Of a stretch of 64,000 nt of DNA, positions 57,833 to 64,000 are shown piece after piece (positions within the stretch are counted from its first letter, which is position 1; each line of letters starts with the position of its first letter). Under the pieces are notes generated by a model, which searched no databases, had not been told where the DNA came from, and worked only from the letters and a program-made list of their open reading frames with translations. Source of the stretch: Ministeria vibrans ATCC 50519 (taxonomy: Eukaryota > Protista > Filasterea); the NCBI GenBank assembly GCA_943704425.1, contig CALSCP010002822.1:1-64000 (forward strand), in the 5' to 3' direction. A program made the translations under genes and the position numbers.

Positions 57833-60805
57833 CCGCGCGCCCACTCGACGTGCGAGCCCGACAGTCCGCCCTTCTCGACGACCTGCACTTCGGCGAGACT
57901 GTGGACTGTACTCGCGTTGAGCAGACGCGTGTTGCCCAGAGCACCTCCGTCGCAAAGTGTCGCGTACACTCGCGCTAGCGCTCGTGCCGAAAAGTGACCA
58001 TTGGCACTGGGTACACTCGCCTGACGCATCTTCTTCATGTTGAACATGCACGGATCCATGATGCCCATGCCACCACTTGAGTCGCCTCCCGGAGTGTCAC
58101 CCGACAAGAGCGCATCCGCATCCTCCATGAGACCCCCATCGCCCGAAGACGCACCACTCTGCTGCGTCTTCTTCTCCTCCTCCTCCTTGTCCTTTTGACG
58201 GTTCTGCTCGCGAAGCTGCGCAATGGCCTTTTGGATTTGAGCACGATCAAAGCCCCCGTCAAAAAACCCGTTGCACAAACTCGCGACACGCTCCATAGCT
58301 TCGTCGGGCACACAACCCATGTACAGTTCCTGCTCGACACCAAGCGGCACCGCAACAACCTCGCGCACTAGCTCGGCAATGCTCTTGCCTGCAACCCTTT
58401 GCACAAGCTCGCCGACCAAGAAGCCCCACGAGAGGTAGTGGTAGCGCGCAAGGTCCCCAGGCGCATGTGCCGGCGCACTTGTCTCCATCTTCTTCCGCAT
58501 CACATCCCAGTCCATGAGCTCTTCAATGGGCGTGCGAGGTGTCACGGCACCCGCCAGACCCGCCTGGTGCGACAGCACATGGTCCACGGTGGTAAGCCCT
58601 TTGCGCGAGAGCGCCGCCGCATCGCAGCCCGTCACAAATTCGGGCCAGACATCGGATACTCGCTGACCATAGGCAAGCAGACCGCGTTCAACGCACCAGT
58701 GAAGCGCAACAGCAGCAACCGCCTTGGTGCATGAAAAGGCATTCATGATTGAATCACTACGCACGGGTCGAGCGTCCACCGCACTCATCGTGCCACCCGC
58801 GACGTCCACCAGGCACGCTCCATTGTGGTAGACACACACTTGAACACCCACAAGCGCATCTTGACCATAGAGATCACACACAAGCTCGCACACGCGCGAC
58901 TCAAGTATGGAGCGTCGGGGTACACTGGTGTCGCCATAGACAATGTTGCGCGAATGCAGCTCGCGCGGAATCGACGTTACAAGTGCGGTGCGAGCAAACG
59001 GCACGAGACACTTCATCCACGACAGTTCCACACCCAGAGATGAACTAGAAGAAGAAGAAAAAAGAAACAAGGAGCGACAAACGCGAGTGAGTGAAAAATG
59101 TGGAGAGAAAAAAGAAAATAACAAAGCGAGACGAGAGAACAAAACAAAAGACGAAATGAATGAACAAAAAGAATGAGACCAACAAAAATTAATAAACATA
59201 ATACAAAGTGAAAAAGAAAATAATGCAACAAAGCAAGAGAACAAAACAAAAGACGAAATGAATGAACAAAAATAATGTGACAACAAAAATTAATAAACGT
59301 CATAATAAAAAGTGAAAAAGAAAGAATGCAACAAAGCAAGAGAACAAAACAAAAGACGAAATGAATGAACAAAAAGAATGAGACAACAAAAATTAAACAT
59401 AATAAAAAGAAAAAGAGAAGAATGTAACAAAGCGAGAGAACAAAAAAAAAACGAACAAAAAATAAGACATACCAGAGGCCGCGAAGGAGAAAGGTAGTGC
59501 GAAAGAAGAAGATGAGTTCGGTGGGAAATGCTTCAATGGGATTCCTCAGCTTCTTTGGAAGCTTTGAACGTTGCTCACGACGCAATTTGGACAGTTCCAT
59601 AAACTCTTTGCGAGCGACTTCACGAGGAGCAGTGTCGCGCAACGAGAAGCGAATCTGCTCCATATCCTCTTTAGCATTGTCACGCTTGAACTAAGAAAGA
59701 TGCAATGTATGAGTTGGACAGTCTGTAGGTATGCATTATGGTACTTTGAGGCCCATTTCGTCAAAGGCCTGCAACAGACCCGCATAGTCCATTTTGGCTG
59801 CGCTAAAGAGCATTCGCGCAAACGCCAGTCGAATGCGCTCATCAATCTTCTTTGTGAGTCCAAAATCAAGCAGAATTGGAATGGCCTCACCATTCTCCAC
59901 TCGAATCACTACAGAGAAGTCCTATGAGAACCAACAGAACAACACCACTCTGCTATGGCTTTTACAGATATTTCCCGGGTGCGGATCGGCATTGAAAAGG
60001 CCGTCGACAAACACCTGATGGCCCATCACACGACACAATGCCTGCAATAATGCCTTGCGCGACACTCCATGCTTTTCCAACTCCTCTACATCCGTCACTT
60101 TGAATCCCTAATACAATACTCAGTACAAAAGCACAAAATCCTTTGTTTTGTTACCTCTTCAAATGTCATGACAAGCACTCGGCGCGTGACCAAGTCAGGC
60201 AGCACATCGGGCAGGCGCACACGAAGACCCGCGCGCTTCATATTCTGCGCCACCTGCGTCATATTCTTTGCCTCGTGTACAAAATCAAGCTCCTTGATAG
60301 CCTCCACTGCCCACGCATCAATGACCGGCTGGAAGTTGAGTGTGGGATCGAGCCAAGCGACCCACGACGTAATCAGCGACAGATTCACCATATCCTGTGC
60401 CATAATCGCCTCAACTCCCTTGTGCTGCACCTTCACTGCCACCTATATATAGAACAAGTGTGAGAACAAACCAAAGTGGGAAGAACAAAAACGAGAAAAA
60501 AAAGAAGGTGAAAGAGAGAAATGTGAAAGCAAGCAATACCTTTCGGCCATCAAAGAGATGCGCAACATGCACCTGTCCAATGCTCGCCGCACCAACAGGC
60601 GTCTCGTCAAAGGTCGCAAAGAGTGCTTCAAGAGGGCGACCTAGTTCACTGACAATCATGGCGCGGATACTCGCCATGTCCGTGCTGGGACATTCGTCCT
60701 GTACTTTGGTCAGTTCCGAAGTCCATTCCTCCGGCATCACATCAGATCGACTGCTCATGTACTGGCCAACCTACCTCCCAAAATATATAAAAACAAAATG
60801 AATGA

Positions 60806-60840
<35 letters not shown>

Positions 60841-62373
60841 ACATTAGTATAATATTGCACTTCTTCGGGGGGGGGGGGGGGGGGGGTTTCTGACCTTGAG
60901 CCAAAACCCTCGGAGCACAACAACCTGCGAAAAGACAAGTTTTGCCGAGCGAGTGTGATGGGCGCTCCAGAGTTGTTCGTCGCGTTCGGGCGAAGGGCGG
61001 ATGCGCTCAGGCCAACTGGAGACCCAGCGACGCCAGAGGTAGCCGGCAATGATGAAAATGGAGACAGAGTAGACGCGTAGACGACGACGAAGAAGAGTCG
61101 ATGCACAGAGAAAGAAGAGCGCAAGCGACAGAAAAGCGAGTGCCACGAGACGTGTGGTGAGTGATGAGGCGAGCAAGAAAGTGTGTGCGACGTGAGAGGC
61201 GCTCGCGAAAAGATGGTAGAGGTCACTGGAGGAGGGCACAGACCAGTCGCCCGTGGTAAAGCGAGTGGTAGCGGTGGTGACGGCGACTTGAAGTACAACC
61301 AGGATGAGGGCCGAGAGCGCGACTGTCTTGAGGGTGCGTATGGGTGAGCCCGCATCCTGCATGGACGCATCAAGACGGTGCACCACGGAGACAAGGTGTT
61401 CCTGTAGCTTGAGTTCGGCAGCGGCAGCAGCACTCAAAGTCGACGACGTGACTCTTCCCGAGACTATTGAGGTTGTACCGTTGGCAAAGCCATCATTCTG
61501 ATCAACGTCTTCGTCGTTGTCGTCGGAGTTTTCCGAGTCATCGTCGTCACCATCGACGAGGACTCGTCGCGAGCGACGTGCTTTTGCAACAGGTGTTGCC
61601 TGAATCTTTTCCGACTTGTGCTCGTCGAGTTCGCGGCGCACAGCGCTCATGAGAAGGGGGCGTGGACGTCGCAACGGTGTACCGTTGGCGCTGACGGTGG
61701 ACATGGCGGTCTCGGTGAGAGCACGACGATCGCCACTGGTGTCGCTGTTGTTGGTGCTCATGAAGCGATTCACATGGCTGGTGTGGGGATAGGAGACGGC
61801 GGTGAAGCAGGAGCGACAGGCGCGCTCGCCCTCGACAAACTTGGACGAGCAGTCGTTGCAGAAGATGAGGCCGCAGATGCGACAGTGGTGCCGGCGGAAG
61901 AAGATGTGGAACTCGGCACGGCAGACGGGGCACGCCTCGACGTCGTTGTCGGGCTGCCACTGGGCGGGTGAGCAGAAGAGGGTCGAGAGGCGATTGGAGG
62001 AGGACAGAAAGGCGCCGGGTGGGCTTCGCGATTGATCGGACGCAAAGGCGCGCCGCAGCAGCGGAGCCAGGCCGGTCATCATGAGCTGACGGTTACCCGC
62101 AACAAAGCTGAGACGGCCCGAGATCATCAGCGACATGGGCGAGGCGCGGCGCTGCACGAGCTGGCGCAGCGTGTCAAACGCATCAAAGCGAATGTGCGCC
62201 TTCTCTCGCTCTGGCACGTCTGCGATGATCCCGTCCACTACGGCGGGGGCGCCAGGCACACGCGTGTCCACCGAGAGCGTGCCCGAGTCCCCGATTTCCA
62301 CAATGAAGACCGCCTCGGTCGGCCGAGGCGGTTCGCTCACGGTTGCGACAATGCGTCGACGGAGCTCATCCAT
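57833..62373 (-). CDS. SCP2-like - FYVE - TM - ABC1/UbiB atypical kinase - beta-lactamase-family serine hydrolase fusion; 3' end lost in an N gap
   Basis: SPMSLMISGRLSFVAGN (SCP2-like); WQPD..C..C...RRHHCRICG (FYVE); LRGFWLK|VGQYMSSR, AASIGQVH, AVKVQH, ELDFVHEA, DGLFNADPHPGN, LLDFG (ABC1); FSCTK, LSHQAGL, YHYLSWG, PSANG (beta-lactamase fold). Confidence 0.9.
59100..59460. repeat. about 103-bp tandem repeat, 3-4 copies, intronic
   Basis: GAGAACAAAACAAAAGACGAAATGAATGAAC starts at about 59135, 59237 and 59340, with a partial copy near 59435. Confidence 0.85.
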
Positions 62374-62696
62374 GGCGAGCAAAATTAGTGAATAATAATT
62401 ATTCTCATAATAATTAATATTCACGGAAGATTCTGAAGACAAGAGGTGAAGCAAGTTGTATACTGATGAAGTCAGAGCAGAGGGAGAGTGGGAGAGACTC
62501 ACCGAGAGAGGCACACATAGAGAGAGAGAGGAGGGGAAGCGTGAAGAGCTCGAGCGACACAATCTGTCATAAGTGTCATCACATAACACATTGTCACAAG
62601 TCACAAGTCACAAGACATATTTTTATTATAATTTTTCTTCTGTATACCGGAGAGGCCTTGCTCGCACCCCCCCTCCTCCCCCCCCCAAACACCAAG

Positions 62697-64000
62697 ATGT
62701 CTTCGGAGCTGTTTGAAAGCCTCGAGTTCGAGTTCACCAACATCATCACAGCCATTACACGAAAAATCAACTCACAAATCCCAAACTACTCGGGAGGTAT
62801 GTAGCCGTGGACGCGCGTGAGGCCCGTTGCAAGATCGACACGCCCTCTGGCTCAGCCCAGTAGTTTATCGTTTTTTTTTTTTTTTTTTTTGAATGTCGTT
62901 CGTTTGGACTCGAAACGCTCGTTGGATTTTGTTGGATTTCATCTAAACGTGGTCGTCTTGTACGCGTGCGCGTCGCGCATGAGCAAAATTCGAACGTTTT
63001 CTCGTTGGTTGAAGCGCTTTTTTTTTTTTGTCTTTCACAACGACTCACAAAACACTCTATTCCCATAGAACAAAAGAAGCAGACCATTAAGTTAACACAG
63101 AAAGAGATAGATGAAGCAGAAGACCGGGTAAGAGGGCAGAGACGAAGCAGAAAGAGAAGAGGAGAGCGAGAGCGAGAGAGAGAGTGAGAGAGAGAGACAA
63201 AAAACCCAAAGTCGCTTCAGGGGAAATTTCCAACTTGACGAATGGTATTGAATTACTGAGACGTCTCGTTGCAGTTGGAGCATATGGAGATGGAGCTGCG
63301 AAGCCAGCCAGCACAGTACCGAGCGAAGCTGCAGTCGCGCGTCAAGGGATACCGCACAGAGCTCGATGCACTTAAGCGTGGTTTGGTAAGGCACAAACGC
63401 AAACGTCTCTCTTGTGTGTGTGTGTGTGTCTTATTGTCTCTCCGTTAGTCACGAGCAGCCAATGACGGGCGAGCAGAATTGTTGGGGGGTCCCGGTGGCA
63501 ACAGTGGGAAATTTGACGTACGAAAAAAGACCCAACAGCGCTACGTAGTAGCTTTTGTCTCTGATGACTCGGGGTTTGTGTTGGATGTGTATAGTATGCA
63601 GCAGAGGAGGCGAGCCAGCGTGAGAAGTTGTTGATGGGGACAGACCGACTGAACGATACGACGCGACGCATTGAAAATGCACACCAAGTCGGTATTGAGA
63701 CGGAGGATATGGGACAGGATGTGCTGAGGAATCTTGATGAGCAACGCGGACAGATTGTCAACTCAACGCGAAGGGTACACACAACCCCCCCCCNNNNNNN
63801 NNNGTGCGCCCTCTCGACAAGCGCCTTTCGCCCGCCGTGCCGTTGCGCTCGAGCGTCACACACACAGATGTTTCGCCCCTATTTTAACTAACTCATTGTC
63901 TGTTTGTGATGTAGCTTCAAGAAACAGACTCGACGCTGTCACGGGCGCGGTCAATCCTCAACACCATGGCGCGCAAGGCACAAACCAACAAGATGATTAT
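62697..64000 (+). CDS. VTI1: Qb-SNARE VTI1, runs off the window end
   Basis: MSSELFESLEFEF Habc start, MEMELR...KLQSRVKGYR, SNARE motif ETEDMGQDVLRNLDEQRGQI...RARSILNTMAR. Confidence 0.92.

Overview
Eukaryotic draft-assembly DNA from a compact, intron-rich microbial eukaryote, with GT-AG introns full of microsatellites, several N gaps and many head-to-head gene pairs only 130-330 bp apart. The ORF track fragments most genes, so I rebuilt them by hand from splice sites. Housekeeping genes: Raptor/KOG1, clathrin light chain, V-ATPase subunit G, MED13, MAT1, a FYVE protein, legumain, a nitrilase-family amidase, ORC5, an SLC36-type amino-acid transporter, TEL2 and VTI1. The standout locus is 41814-52675 (+). 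Four separate long ORFs join through phase-compatible introns into one ~3,430-aa protein: caspase-like C14 - ankyrin/TPR-like - LRR - Roc/COR - NB-ARC (STAND) - Roc/COR - caspase-like C14. Both protease His-Cys dyads are intact. It reads as a candidate single-chain NLR/Roco/caspase immune or cell-death receptor. Other unusual items: a myristoylation-motif protein with two Ser-less alpha/beta-hydrolase domains fused to a PKA-like kinase; an SCP2-FYVE-ABC1 kinase-beta-lactamase fusion; an intronless Helitron-type Pif1 helicase without a visible Rep, back-to-back with an orphan ORF; a RasGAP with a PH domain inserted in the GAP fold, probably mis-joined to a GH27 tail; and a recurrent GTCACAA promoter motif. 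All domain calls come from motif recognition by eye; no database searches were run.
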